A stretch of DNA of 64,000 nucleotides from Octopus sinensis (Eukaryota), in contig NC_043007.1 of assembly GCF_006345805.1 (NCBI RefSeq), positions 38,130,001 to 38,194,000 on the forward strand, read 5' to 3'. The notes under the pieces are model-generated. The model was given only the letters and a program-made list of their open reading frames with translations, ran no database searches and had not been told where the DNA came from. Position numbers and translations under genes: made by a program. Each line of letters starts with the position of its first letter. Positions within the stretch are counted from its first letter, which is position 1. Below are positions 24,807 to 38,560 of the stretch, piece after piece.

Positions 24807-25889
24807 AGAGGTTACAAAATGAAAACAAAAAACATGGGAATTCAGAAAATAAAAAAAAATTAAAAAGTAGATAAGAAAAAAAAACATTTTTTTTTTCTAA
24901 TATACAAAGTGGATCAAAGAAAATGACTTTCAAGAAGATCTTTGATTATTGCAAGGCGACACTGTCTGATACTATACATTAGACATGAAGCTGGTTCATT
25001 GATTCTATCTGTTAATCCGATCCCAATCCAGGTCACAGTGGTTAACAAGCTGCACAGCTAATGTATATCTATTACTATACAAATTACAGGAGAATCTGTG
25101 TGTGTGTACATATATATATATAAATACACATATACACACATACACATATATAGGTAGGGTGTGCTTATACACACGTATATTTGCACAAACTTTTTTACAT
25201 ATATGCATATGTGTGCATGTGTGTGTGTGTGTGTATGTGTGTGTGTGCACAGTGATTTGGAGATACATATGTTTGTATATATATATATAGTATCCTCCAG
25301 CCCCTCTTATTCCCTCCCTGTGCTTTCTGCACTCACTTCTACCTGCTTCTGTCCCCTTTTCTCTCATCATCCTCGATGGCTCTATTTCTTGAACCTTACA
25401 TGCCCATCTATCTCTTTCTTTCACATTCTCTTTCCCTTTCAGTAGCTGTTATAATACAGGTTATCCCCAGAATCCCCTACACAACCCACCTTACTACCAT
25501 CTCCCCTTCTTACTCACTAACTCTGACACTAATCCCATCCCTACCTCCTCCTAATAGTGTCTACAATGTTACTCTCTCTCCATTACCACCATCTCACAAC
25601 TATCAATTTCTCTCATCATCCTACTAAAAAAATCATCACCTGTAGGAGCTTTTTTTAGGCTCTTAGTCTTGGAAGCTGCAAAGTAATCTCACTAGTTCTG
25701 GTACCATGACAAAAACACCCAATGCACTCTGTAAAGTAGTTGACACTAGAATGGGCATCCAGCCATAGGAATCAAACCAAAGCAGACACTGAAACATGAC
25801 ATGGTCCTCCAACTCATCAAATCCTGTTAAACTATCTAACCTATGTCAACATGGAAAAGGGATACTAAATGATATTGATATGTATATAT

Positions 25890-26138
25890 AAATGGATGAA
25901 TGAATTATCCTTTGTTTACCGTTAACATGGAAAATTCAATAAACAGTTACCAGGGTAGCAAAATTCACGCAAGTAACAAGGATGTAGCGACCTATTCAAA
26001 GGTAGAAACTCCGGGTTAATGTGCAGTAATTTGTGTAGTATAAGTAAATAAATGGAGTTGAAATCAGGTGTTATTCAAATTCTTTTACTTTCGACATATG
26101 TTTCGAAGACAGCATTAGTTTTATTCCAAAGGAATAAA
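25890..26138 (-). mobile_element. PLE-type terminal fragment with the 3' half of a hammerhead
   Basis: Minus strand cuucGAAA-CAUAUG-UC at 26104-26093. It starts at a (TA) tract, and its 5' half is missing where a SINE begins at 26139. Confidence 0.45.
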
Positions 26139-26548
26139 GGTGCAGGAGTGGCTGTGTGGTAAGTAGCTTGCTTACCAACCACATGGTTCTGGGTTCAGTC
26201 CCACTGCATAGCACCTTAGGCAAGTGTCTTCTACTATAGCCTCGGGCTGACCAAAGCCTTGTGAGTGGATTTGGTAGACGGAAACTGGAAGAAGCCAGTC
26301 ATATATATGTATATATATATATATGTGTGTGTATATGTTTGTGTGTCTGTGTTTGTCCCCCCCAACATCGCTTGACAACCGATGCTGGTGGGTTTACGTC
26401 CCCGTAACTTAGCGGTTCGGCAAGAGAGACTGATAGAATAAGTACTAGGCTTACAAAGAATAAGTCCTGGGGGCGATTTGCTTGACTAAAGGCAGTGCTC
26501 CAGCATGGTCACAGTCAAATGACTGAAACAAGTAAAAGAGTAAAAGAG
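26139..26548 (+). mobile_element. SINE family A, full length
   Basis: Same head, body and tail as other family A copies. Confidence 0.9.
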
Positions 26549-26699
26549 AGAGAGGTGTAAAATAATGTAATCTTTGTAGTGAGAAGAACTTTGACACTAA
26601 ACAGTGTCAGTGTTTGACATTTTAATTACATAAATAATGCCAAGACACAATATTCATGCTTGCTGCTGCTTCATGCTCTTGATGAGACTGGGGTTATCT

Positions 26700-26960
26700 C
26701 AGGTTAGAAGTCCCAAAAATGTCATCATGCATAGAGCCAACCAGGTCTAACAGTGCTCTCCATTGCTAGTGGTCCTGTGCCAGCCCCTCTGCAACCTCCT
26801 GGGTTTGGCCTCATCATGGTGAAGGGACTTGTGTGTTCCTTAGATCTGAGAGAGTGTACCCATCTGGAGTTGGTCTCCCAGGGAGGTTTCAGACTAATGG
26901 TGACCCATGACAGGTTGACTCATTGCCAAGATGGTGGCCCCATCATCTGACTGTTCTGCA
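26700..26960 (+). mobile_element. Probable RTE 5'-UTR fragment
   Basis: ggcctcatcatggtgaagggacttgtgtgttcc resembles RTE/BovB 5' UTR sequence (recalled, not aligned). Confidence 0.35.
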
Positions 26961-27710
26961 AAGGATCAACAATTCACCCAGAAGAAACCAAAACTTTTGG
27001 AAAGAAACAAACACATAAACACACTGTTACACACACATGCATGCATACACACTTGGCAGGTTTCCATACACGTTCCATCTTCCAATCTTGTTGTTAAGGT
27101 CTTGTGAGCTGTGTTAGTCTTGGCCCTTCCTTGGAAAATATCAGTAGCATAGAGAGGGGAAACTTACATGCAAGGACAACCGCTGATCTTCCATAAATTA
27201 AAAATATCCTACTTGCCCCCTCTTGCTCTCTGCACTCCACAATGCATTGCTGCAGCTACCTTCCCCTCCACTGAACCATGAAGGTTTCTTCCGTAGAGTC
27301 CATCAGATCCAGTCTTCAGATGCAGAAGGAGGCAAGCCCTAATAATCTAATTAACCTATAGCTGGGACCCTGACAGGTGCAGCTACTCCAGGTCACTCTG
27401 ACTGACAGGGGTTATGTATACCTTTTATCTTTTATTTTTTATACATTCCAGTCATTGGAGTGTGGCCATGCATGGGCACTGCCTCAAGCTGTTTAGTCAA
27501 ACAAATCAATCAAGTTCTTTTTTTTTTTAAAGTCTGCTACTTATTCTACAAGTTTCTTTGACCAATCTACTAAGTTACAAGCAAATAAACAAACCAACAC
27601 TGGTTGTCAAGCAATGGTGCGGAGACAAAGAAAAACCACAACACACATTTTATATACACACACACACATATATACATACATACACACATATACATATATA
27701 CATACATATA

Positions 27711-28585
27711 CAAGGTGCAGTGAATATATTGTCTAAATTAAGCAAAAATAAAAATAACACTGACATCTCATTTTAACAGATATATTTACCAAAATTACAT
27801 TAAAATATCTTGAAATACTAAAGAGTAAATTTATTCGTTAAAATTGCCATTGGCTTCAACCACAGACTCTAGACAACTTTGAAATCTCCTGCAACTTTCT
27901 GGATGGTCTCCTTGTTTAAGTTGGTGGATGCTGCTATAATCCTTGTCTTTAGTTCATCTTTGGTGTTACAAGGAGTTTTGTTGGTGGCCTTGCTCAACTG
28001 CGCCCCACACATAATAATCAAGGGGGTTGCAGTCTGGGGAGTTAGGTGGTCAGATGTTAGGGTGATGTGGTTGCAGAAATTGTCTGACAGCCATGATTGG
28101 GCTTTCCTGCTTGTGTGGCATGGTGCAGAGTCCTGTTGCCAGATACAGGGTCTTCCAGCAGCTACCCTCTTCATCCAGGTTAGCACCAACTCCTCCAGGC
28201 ACTAGATGTAGGCCTCTGTGTTGAGTCTGAGGTCATGTAAAAAGATGGAGGCATAACATTGCTATCACTAGTGATCACTCCAAACACTGTGATGCTGACT
28301 GGATGTTTGATTTTTATCACTCTCAGTACATGTTTTGTGGACACCTCAAGCCAATGGTTTATTCTGTGTGTTCACCATCTGTTCGTATTAGCACTTCTGG
28401 CATGAATGCCAAGCAGTACAGCATATTGTTTCCAAATTTCTGGCAGAGTGAATAGCATTATGGTGCTGTTTTTCTCACAGACAGTGCCCAACTGACCCTA
28501 CTATACTGTGCCGCTAACAAAATAAAAAATAATACGCATGCGTGAAATTAAAAATATAAAATGGCAACAATTTAACCATTGCACA

Positions 28586-28588
<3 letters not shown>
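27711..28588 (-). mobile_element. maT-like (DD37D) Tc1/mariner element, internally deleted
   Basis: Imperfect TIRs caaggtgcagtgaatatattgtc / caatttaaccattgcacactg with TA flanks. WQQDSAPCHTS...PPNSPDCNPLDYYVWG gives ~37 residues between catalytic Asps after correcting a frameshift. Confidence 0.8.
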
Positions 28589-28623
<35 letters not shown>

Positions 28624-30414
28624 CAGGCTTCCACATAATTTCCTTCTACCAAATTTACTCACAAAGCATGATCAGTCCAGGGTTATAGTAGAAGACACTT
28701 TACCAACTTGTTGCACAGTGGGACTGAACCTAAAACCACATGTAACAATAAACTTTTCACACATCCTACCCCTAGAAACCAAACTTCATCTCCTCTTCTA
28801 AACTGCATTCTTTTCTTCCTCACATTTCCTCTTCATACATTATGATTATCTCCCACTCCCCATCCCTGCCCTCACTGCCTTGCAAACTATACTGCTGCTT
28901 TCCCCCACCCCATCTTTATACCCAGGTTTTCACCAGTCTCTGCAATCACCACTCCCTACTCACGCCTTCTTGACTATACCTGACTGCATATATTATGACC
29001 TCCATACCTTGAGGGTATGCCCTAGCAATTGCCACCATTTATCTCTCTCTTCCTTACTCTTCCGTTCCATCTACGCTCTGATCTCCGTCACTAGTGTGTA
29101 TACCCTGGCACTTAACCACTATCCCTCCCCTGCTCTCTCTTGCACTATTGCACCTCCCCACGCTCAAATTTCCTTATCTTGGTAATCTTGCTGGTACCAC
29201 ATAAAAGGTATCCAGTCCACAATGTAAAGCAGTTGGCATTTGGAAGGGCATCCAGCTGTAAAAACCATGCCAAACCTGATCTCACCTGTGCTGATGCCAT
29301 GTAAAAAACACAGTCCACTCTTCAGAGTGGTTGGTGTTAGGAAGGGAATCAAGCCATAAAAACCATGCCAAAACAGACACAATAGCTTGGGGTAGTGTTC
29401 TACCTGGCCAGCTCCTGTCAAACAGTCCAACCCATGCCACCATGGAAGCCGGATATTAAACGATGATGATATACACATACCATCATCATTACAATCATTG
29501 TTTTATTGTCCACTTTCTTTTCTGGAATGGCTGGCAAAACTGATTGACACAGACATTCTAAAGCTGAATGCTCTTCCTGTCACCCACTCTCACTTATTTC
29601 CAAGCAAGTTAATTTCTGAGTGGCCAAAAATGCTTTTATGGAAGACCGGAAATGAAAAAAATCTGCTTGCGATGAATAATTCAATAGCCAGACAGGTTTC
29701 AATAGCAGATTGTAAACAATGACAGAGTACGGAAGTGATTGTTTCCATTCCGTTGTGCAAACATCAAGACAAGAAGAAACCACAAACAAACACTGTCACA
29801 TACACATATCATCATCATCATTATCATTTATTGTTTTAAAATCCACTTTTTCATGTTTGCATGAGTTAAGTGGAATTCATTGAAGCAGATTTTCTACAAC
29901 CAGTTGGCCTTCCTGAGGCCAACCCTGACCAGTTTCCTAGCAAGATAATATTTCTCAGTGGCCAAAACGTGCTTTTTTTTTTATGGAAGACTGGAAATGT
30001 AGGACTCTGCTTGCATGATGATGATGATGCTCATTTCTAACTAACCTGTGATGTTAAGACAAACTAACACACACACACACACATGATTTTTTTGTCAGTT
30101 TGCATCTATTAAATCCACTCACAAGGCTTTGGTTGACCCAAGACTATAAGTATAGGACATTTGCCCAAAGAGCCACACAGTGGGACTGAACCTGAAACCA
30201 TGTGGTTTGGAAATTAACTTCTTAACCAGACAACATGCCAGCTTAATTGACACCGCAGTGGGTTTATTCTTTTATTCTTTTACTTGTTTCAGTCATTTGA
30301 CTGTGACCATGCTGGAGCACCAACTTCTTAATTAATCATTCTAGTCATTTAACTGTAATTTATTTTCAGTTTTTTTTTTTTTATGTGAACATTGGTACTT
30401 GTATGGGCTGAATT

Positions 30415-30805
30415 GAACAGACAGACAAGTAGACAGACAGACAGAGAGGGAGAAACTGGCAGAGAGATAGATACACAAATAGAAAAGCAGGCAGACAGAC
30501 AAGCAGACATACTGAGAGAGAAGTAGACAGACAAATAGATATATAGACAAGGAAGCAAATACAAATAGACAGACAGGGAGACAAACAGACAAAGACAGAC
30601 AGCAAGACAAACAGAGAATGAGAGAGAGAGAGATGGAGAGAGAAATAGACAGATAGAGAGAGACAAACAGAGAAGCAAACATAAATAGACAGAGAGACAG
30701 ACAGATAGAGAGACAGATACGCAATCAGACAGACAGAGAGGCAAACAAACAAGCAGAAAGGCTGAGAAATAGATATAGACAGCTTGATAGATAGATAGAT
30801 AGATG
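30415..30805. repeat. Degenerate (GACA/GATA/GA)n tract just downstream of the GMF exon-2 donor
   Basis: Direct inspection. Confidence 0.88.
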
Positions 30806-30819
30806 GATTTATAACTTAC

Positions 30820-30910
30820 AGATAACAGCAGCAGTACATTTATTGTTAGAGAAACGGAACTGTTTGATTCTTTCTTTAACACCATCATTCAGTTCACAAA
30901 CCGGTTGAGA
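30820..30910 (-). CDS. GMF: GMF second coding exon (91 bp)
   Basis: ttttttccttccag|TCT CAA CCG...GTT ATC T|gtaagt encodes SQPVCELNDGVKERIKQFRFSNNKCTAAVI, homologous to GMF S..VVC....L.EKLRKFRFRKETNNAAII. Confidence 0.92.
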
Positions 30911-31328
30911 CTGGAAGGAAAAAACAAAAAACAAAATAAGAGCAAAGTTCTTTGAATAAAGTCTCTAGTTCGTATTCTAGAATGTATTCATGCATTAAAA
31001 ATAATACAAATAAAAATAAAACTTATCTTATAAGTAATATTAGATCAGAGCATCTAATCAAGACAGAAAAAAATAAATAAGAAACAGGATCACTGACAAA
31101 TGACATAACAATTGTTTGTCTTGTAGAATGGAAACATTACCAATTACACTACAGAGAGTTTGGCATTGGCGGCAGTGGCATCATCATCATCATGACCATT
31201 GTTATTATCATTTTAATTTCTACTTTTCCATGCTTGCATAGAGCAGGTGGAATTCATTGAGGCAAATTTTATACGGCCAGATGCTCTTCCTATCACCAAC
31301 CTTCAACTATTTCCAATCAAGGTAAATA

Positions 31329-31895
31329 TTGGGTTGTCCAGAAAGTTCGTGCCAATTTATAGTAGCTTACCTTTCGACTTATTTTAGAACATGGTCCAGT
31401 TCCATAAAATAGGATTTGACTACACCTCCATTTAGAGCACAGTTTAAGCTATCTTTTTGTGGAAGAAGGTTTATGTTCCTATAACCTGTATTAATTCTGT
31501 AACCCTTTAAAATGGAAGATAAGAAAGTTCATTTTCGGCATTGATGCTTTGGGAACCAGACAAAAATTGCTGCGGTTCAGCTGGGATGTGTTACCCCTAC
31601 CCTCCATATTCACCAGATATTGCTCCTTTGGATTTCCACTTATTCAGGTCTCTGCATAATAGTCTTAATGGTAAAAATTTCAATTCCTTGGATGATGTAA
31701 AAAGATATCTTGATGAATTCTTTGCCATGAAACCACCTCAATTCTGGGAAGAGGGTATTTTCAAGTTAAAGGAAAGGTGGAAACGCATTGTACAACAAAA
31801 TAGTTCATATTTGGTTGATTAGAAATGTAATAGCAAGTATTTATTGACCTTTTTCTTTCTTTTAAAAATCGGCACAAACTTTCCGGACAACCCAA
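31329..31895 (+). mobile_element. Internally deleted mariner (mini-mariner), copy 1
   Basis: TIRs ttgggttgtccagaaagttcgtgcc / ggcacaaactttccggacaacccaa with TA TSD; YSPDIAPLDFHLF motif; inserted into another repeat. Confidence 0.92.
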
Positions 31896-33678
31896 TATTT
31901 TCCCATGGCCAGACATGTTATAGCAGAATATTGGAAATGAATGACACTGCTTGTATGACATGATATCAAGACAAGGAAGCACAAATATAAGCATTCACAC
32001 ACACACATAACAGTTAAGTAGAGAAGATACATATTAACCATTCCAAAACTCAGAGAAACTGTTAACTTTACTTATACATTTAATATTTCAGGATAAAATT
32101 TTAGTCATTTAACTACCACCTGGTCACTCACATATTTCCACTATATGACAGACTTTTTCATCTATTGCCAGGGCTATAGTAAAAGTTACACAGTGGGACT
32201 GAACCCAAAACCAAGTGATCAAGAAGCAAACTTCTTAACTACACAGCAACATCTTCACCTATACACAGCCAAGCTGAGACCTCTTTTCAAGTTATACACA
32301 ATAAAACTTTTGGTGTTTTTTTTACTATTATAACTATATTATTTATCCATACAATGGCTTGTTGCTAGCATGATAGGTTATTCTTCTAATGTCTGACACA
32401 ATGAGGTGTGTCACTTCAGTGCAATGTTTGCAAAGAAATATAACCCCATGAATTAACTGTGAATATTTTAATGTAAATAATTTATAAGTGCAGGCATCAC
32501 AATGTGGTTAAGAAATTTATTTCTCAACTAAATGGGTTTGGGCTAAGTCCCACTGCATAGCATCTTCGATCGGTGTCATTACTATAGCCTTGGACTAACC
32601 AATGCCTTGTAAGAGAAATTGGTAAATGGAAACTGCAAGAAGCTTGTTATGTTTGTATGTGTGAGTGGAAATTGTGACTTGATATGATGCACTGGTTACC
32701 ACTTGAGCAAAGAAGTAGTGGAGTCAACATTCCTTGTTGACATTATCACTGGTCACCCTGGGTTTTCAAACACCTCTGGAATAAAATAATCCCTTACTTG
32801 AAAACAGGCAAAGATTAGTGACAGGAAAAGCATCTATCATCATCATCAACATCATCGTTTAACATCTGCTTTCCATGCTAGCATGGGTCGGATAATTTGA
32901 CTGAGGGCTGGTGAACCAGATGGCTGCACCAGGCTCCAATCTTGATCTGGCAGAGTTTCTACAGCTGGATGCCCTTTCTAACGCCAACCAATCCGAGAGT
33001 GTAGTGGGTGCTTTTACATGCCACCGGCATGGGGGCCAGTCAGGCAGTACTGGCACCGACCTCACTCGAATGTTTTTACACGTGCCACTGGCACAGGTGC
33101 CAGTAAGGCGATGCTGGTAACGATCACCTGGCTGTGAAATCCTGCCTCAACTAAATCTCCATCCAAATCCATGCTAACATGGAAAAACAGGCATTGAATG
33201 AACAATCATGTGATATAAAAGAGTAAAGGCACCAATGTGAAACAGAAAAAAGAAAACGGGCCTATTCATGTGATTATAACCACACCTTATTACTTAACTA
33301 CACAACTGTCTACCAATAATACTACTAAGTATCTGCCACTCCATTACCTGAAATTAAATCCTATAATTTATTTCTGCATTACATCCTTAAGTAAATTCAT
33401 CAGTCACTTAGCTCTAGCAGGAGATGCTTTTCTTCTAATGTTACACCATTAAAATCTTAGCATTTAATTCATAATAACTTGTTTCAAAGTAAATTGTTGT
33501 ACACTTATGACGTAATCACTGGTATTCTTTTTCACAGACAGCATGGTCACAACTAAAACAGCTTTGATCAAAAGTGTACAAATTCAAAGCTGATCTAGGG
33601 CTAAACAAAAATAAAGCACAGGAAAAGAAATTCAAGTAAATACAGTTAACAGTTTTACATCAACTTGTATTTGTTAAA

Positions 33679-34073
33679 GGCACAGGAGTGGCTGTGTGGT
33701 AAATAGCTTGCTTACCAACCACATGGTTCCGGGTTCATTCCCACTGTGTGGCACCTTGGACAAGTGTCTTCTACTATAACTACGGGCCGACCAAAGCCTT
33801 GTGAGTGGATTTGATAGACGGAAACTGAAAGAAGCCCATCATATATATATATATATATGTATATGTGTATGATTGTGTGTCTGTGTTTGTCCCCCAGCAT
33901 CACTTGACAACCGATGGTGGCGGTGTTTACATCCGCGTAAACTAGTGGTTCGGCAAAAGAGACCAATAGAATAAGTACTAGGCTTACAAAGAATAAGTCC
34001 TGGGGTCGATTTGCTCGACTAAAGGCGGTGCTCCAGCATGACCACAGTCAAATGACTGAAACAAGTAAAAGAG
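33679..34073 (+). mobile_element. SINE family A, full length
   Basis: Same head, body and tail as other family A copies. Confidence 0.9.
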
Positions 34074-34712
34074 ATAATTCTCTCTATTATTAACACAAAG
34101 CCTGAAAATTTTTTGAGGAAGGGGCTAGCTGATTACATCAATCCCAGTGCTCAACTGATCCTGAAAGAATGAAAGGCAAAACTGACTTTGGTGGAATTTG
34201 AATTCAGAACATAACGCTGGAAGAAATGCAGCTAAGTATTTTGTCCAGCATGCTAACAATACTGCAACTTTGCTGCCTTGACCACACACACAATCATCAT
34301 CACCATCATCATGATGCTTATATGAGTTAGGTGGAATATGTGGATTTTCTACAGCTGTATATCCTTCTTTTCATCAATCCTGACCCGTTTCCAAGCAAGG
34401 TAATGTTTCCCCATGGCCACACACGTTTTTCATGAAAGAATGGAAATAAACAGCATCACTTGTATGACAGTGATGCCCATCTACAATCATCATATGACAT
34501 CAAGACAAGGGCACACATACATGTATATATGTACATATCCAGGCTTCTTTCATTTTCTGTCTACCAAATCTACTGACAAGGTTTTGGTCAGCCAGGAGCT
34601 ATAGTAGATTATGCTTGCCCAAGGCGCTGAGCAGTGGGACTGAACCCAAGACTACATAGCTGGGAAACAAGCTTCTCAACTACATACCCACACTTGCACC
34701 TAGCTACCTACC

Positions 34713-34938
34713 TATTTCTTTACACTAGGGGCTAAACACAGAGAGGACAAACAAGGACAGACAAACAGATTAAGTCGATTATATCAACCCCAGTGCGTAA
34801 CTAGTACTTAATTTATCGACCCCGAAAGGACGAAAAGCAAAGTTGACCTCGGCGGAATTTGAACTCAGAACATAGCGGCAGATGAAATACCGCTAAGCAT
34901 TTCGCCTGGCGTGCTAACGATTGTGCCAGCTCACCGCC
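34713..34938 (-). mobile_element. tRNA-derived SINE family B (Meta-domain-like)
   Basis: Head ggcggtgagctggca...gagttcaaattccg; central gactttgcctttcatcctttcggggtcgataaa..aagtaccag resembles the MetaSINE domain. Confidence 0.85.
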
Positions 34939-36014
34939 ATACTACCTACCTACACACACACACATACATACAGACTTACATCATTACCATCATCATTTGA
35001 TGTTTATTTTCTATTCTGGTACAGACTGGATGGTTTGCCAGGATCTAATGAGCAGTAGGACTGCATTGAACTCCAATGTCAGCTTTGGCATGGATTCTAC
35101 AGCTCATTGCCCTTCTTACTGTCAACCATTTTACAATGCATACGAAGTGCTTTTTTTATGACACCAGCACTTGTGACATCACCAAGTAACTTACAACACA
35201 AAGAAAATGCCCTCCACTCAAGTAAGAGGGAGTCTATTTGAGACAGAGGGAGGTGGTTTTATACAAAGTGTTGAAAACATTAATATGATAACAGGACAAG
35301 TAGTACAGTTACCTTGCTAGAAAAGAGATACAAGGCTATCCTTGCTTTATAATGCTGGATAGGAGTAAATGAAAACAAAACAAAAATAGTGGTGACTAAC
35401 TGCCAGAATGAACTCTCAAAGTACAAGGAGGTAGGTAGAAAAGAAAATACAGACAGAGGATCAAAGGGAAAGGGAGAGGGGATAAGAGTATAAGAGAGTG
35501 ACAGATGGTTAAAGGTGAATGTAGTGAATTATGAACAATAGTAAAGGTGTGGTTGATGAATATCTGTATGGAGGTGTGAAGGTGAAAGAGACTGAAGTGG
35601 CACAGGAAGGAGGAGGTGATGAGCAGCAGTACAGAACGGGTGGAGGACAGCATCAAAAACTTCCACATAGATAAGAAAGTAGGGAACCCGATGTGCAGTG
35701 TGTGAGAGTGAGGAGGGAGCTCCACAGTAACAAACAAGCTTAGAGGTGTGCAGTGGTTAAACTGAGTGGAGTGTGTAAGGGTAGGACAGACATGAGAAGG
35801 TCTTGATAATGATTGCAGATATGAGAAGTGTTAAAAATGAGGTATGACAGACCTAAGATGTAGCTCAGAGGAAATGGAGAGATTAATAGAAGGCACAGAA
35901 AAGATGGGAGAATGTTCTGAAAAAGAATGAAGGAAAGGTGTATGTTTAAGTCTGTGTGAGAGAAAAAGAGTACACACACACACACAAAATGTATTCTACC
36001 ACTGATTTTCAACA

Positions 36015-36406
36015 TCTCTATATATATAAAGCTGAAGTTGTCTGTGTATGGCAGGTTTGGTAGCCTTCAACTAATACTATCTCCTCCAAGATCCTGTGGC
36101 GCAAGTTGACCAAAATTGAGAGTATGATAGAAGAAGGCTTGCTCTTCCTTCCGTAGAAGAAAAAATTCAAATCGGACCATGTTAACACCAAAAATTATTT
36201 ACATAAAAAAGGCGCTTTTTTTCTATGAATATCCCTATTTTTTACGATTTTTTTACTTCTGTGTCGCCATTTTTTGGTGTATTTCAACCAGAAAAATTTT
36301 CACTTAAAGAGAATAACAAGCTACATAATGCAAAATTTTTACTTTTCAAAAATTCCAATTCTAAAGGGTTGAAACAAACCTGAGCAATGCCAGGCAATAC
36401 TGCTAG
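36015..36406 (+). mobile_element. Non-autonomous Helitron
   Basis: A|TC(TA)n...cctgagcaatgccagg hairpin...CTAG|T, no TSD. Confidence 0.8.
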
Positions 36407-38029
36407 TTTGAGCATTAATTCAACTGAGACACCAACTCATTGAATTAGCATGTCAGTTGGCTAAGTATTCCAAAGACAGCTGTACCTTTGATATAGTTTT
36501 CAAGTGCAATCAGTTTGACATGGTGTGTCAAAATTGAACCTTTGAATAACAAACACAATCCACTGGTAGGTTTCAAAATGATTTTCGTCAACCCAAATTT
36601 ACCTACAAGGCTTGAGTGTGACCTGAAGCCATGACAAAGTCACTTGCCCAATATGGTATTGAACCTCAAACTTCATAGTTGCGAAACAAGCTTCTTAACC
36701 TCTCAGCCACACGCGTACGCGCGCATCATTTGAGTTAAAAACGAGAGTCATGATTAATTAAAGATGGCTCGTAATTCTTTAATTCTTGGAAAACTCAGCA
36801 TCTGATCAATCTGAATCTTATGGAATTCAATAACTCTAAGATTCCATCTGCATGGAAAACAATGGTTAAGTTCGTGCTTACATATTCAATACAAAGACCA
36901 AAAAAGAGTCAACAAGATAAAACTGGAGAGAATTAAAGGGATAACAAGAAGTTACTATGTGCTGGAACAGATAAATAATTTAGTACAAACATATTCAATA
37001 TGCATAGCCCCTAACTCGTAAGAGTAACTTGGTACCCTAACATGCAGTGTACTTTCGCAAACGGTTTTCGGTGCTTTAAGTAGTCACGAGCAAACATAGA
37101 CATCTCTGGGCTTTTTCTACCGTTGTGCCAGCGAAACATCGAGGATGTGACAGCTGGAGAATGGTCTGCATCAGCACTCGGCTTGTACTCATTTCATCTG
37201 GGTTGACTGGAGCAACGTGAAATGAAGTGCCTAAGGACACGATGCATCGCCAAGTCTAGGAATCAAACACAGTATCTTAAGATTGTGAATCCAGCATCAA
37301 AACCATTAGGTCACGCGCCTTCATATTCTTTATAGGAAGAGTACTGAAAATGCTAACCAGAAATAAAAGGCAGGCAAGTTGGTGTTGTTATACAAGGATC
37401 ATTAAAAATATATGCTTTTGTGAAATTGGAATTGTTTATATCTCAAGTTGTCCCCCTTTTTGTAGTCAGAAGTAGAAAGGAAGCGTCTATCCATGATCCT
37501 TATCGGCCCCCTTCGAGACTAGTAGGAGGAAGGGAAGAAACCTAGCCCTCCTAAAGCTTGCAACAGTGTCCTCTGCTAAAAGGTACCTAAGGGTTAGAGG
37601 GTTAGATGATAGTGTAAGATTGGGCGACGTTTTAAGTCCATCACCCATGAACAGGAATGACTCCTAAGTAAGATTTCCACAGTGTCCTTATACCAAAATT
37701 CACTGAAAAAGCTTTGGTCGACAACTTACATGTCAAAAGTGCGACTCATGGGGATTGAACCCGAAGCTAAACAGCAATGCCTGCATCCTTGATTGAACAA
37801 AAGCATTCTAATCGTAATCCGTCTGTCTTTCTTTTCTCTGGGTACAGTAATCTCGGACTACACTATCCTAAATATCCTTGCTTTTTTTAAAACGTTACGA
37901 TACGATTTGATTGCAGTTTTGCTGTTATTTTTAGTAGGTTGAACGCAGAGGTTGGCTCGCTGTTAAATTGTCTTTAATATTCTTATTTTTATCCTTTGTA
38001 TCAGTTGTTCTTAAATTTAAACTTAAAAT

Positions 38030-38560
38030 CAGAGGTATTACGCATTATTTTCCTAGGCGAGTTTAAAGTTACCCTCGACTCTCTCGTGTATGTTGAACTA
38101 AGCATTTGGTAAAAGTGAAAGAACAGTTTCCGAATGAACATAGAATGCAGCATTGATTCGAAAAGTTTTGCAATGGAGACGAGAGTCCCAAATGGGAATA
38201 AAGCTTAAGGACCTTCATCTGCTTTTGAAAATAATCAACTAGTGGATATTAATGTGGAAAAAAAGCATGCAAACTATCAAACAAATGACACGCACGCAGT
38301 CATATTCTAAGTTATTATTTATTCAATTTCACGTAATCTAAAATAAAAAGGAGGAAGAATAAAATTATGTAGGTTTCCATTTGAATTGAACTCGGTCAAA
38401 ACTAGATATATTAGTCAAATGATGCTGCAGAAATCTACTAAATTGGGTTATCCGCCATATTCCCTAGATCTGTTACCCACTGCTTACCATTTAGTTCAAG
38501 CATTGAGGCGAGGCAACCCTAATAACTTTCAGTAAACCAGATGTATCTCAAATACATTAT
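38030..38560 (+). mobile_element. Highly degraded mariner transposase relic
   Basis: Fragments translate to QH*FEKFCNGDES (HTH region) and YPPYSLDLLPTAYHLVQAL (YSPDL motif). Confidence 0.55.

Noticed and set aside
24374-24887. Poly-His / poly-Met-Val ORFs
   Set aside because: Trinucleotide repeat artefacts.
30341-30888. Longest ORFs in the track (127-179 aa)
   Set aside because: Mostly (CTGT/CT)n low complexity; the true GMF exon overlapping 30820-30888 is in a different frame.
38483-38490. Third ATG|gtaagc candidate first exon on the minus strand
   Set aside because: Lies inside a degraded mariner coding relic (AYHL motif); likely chance.
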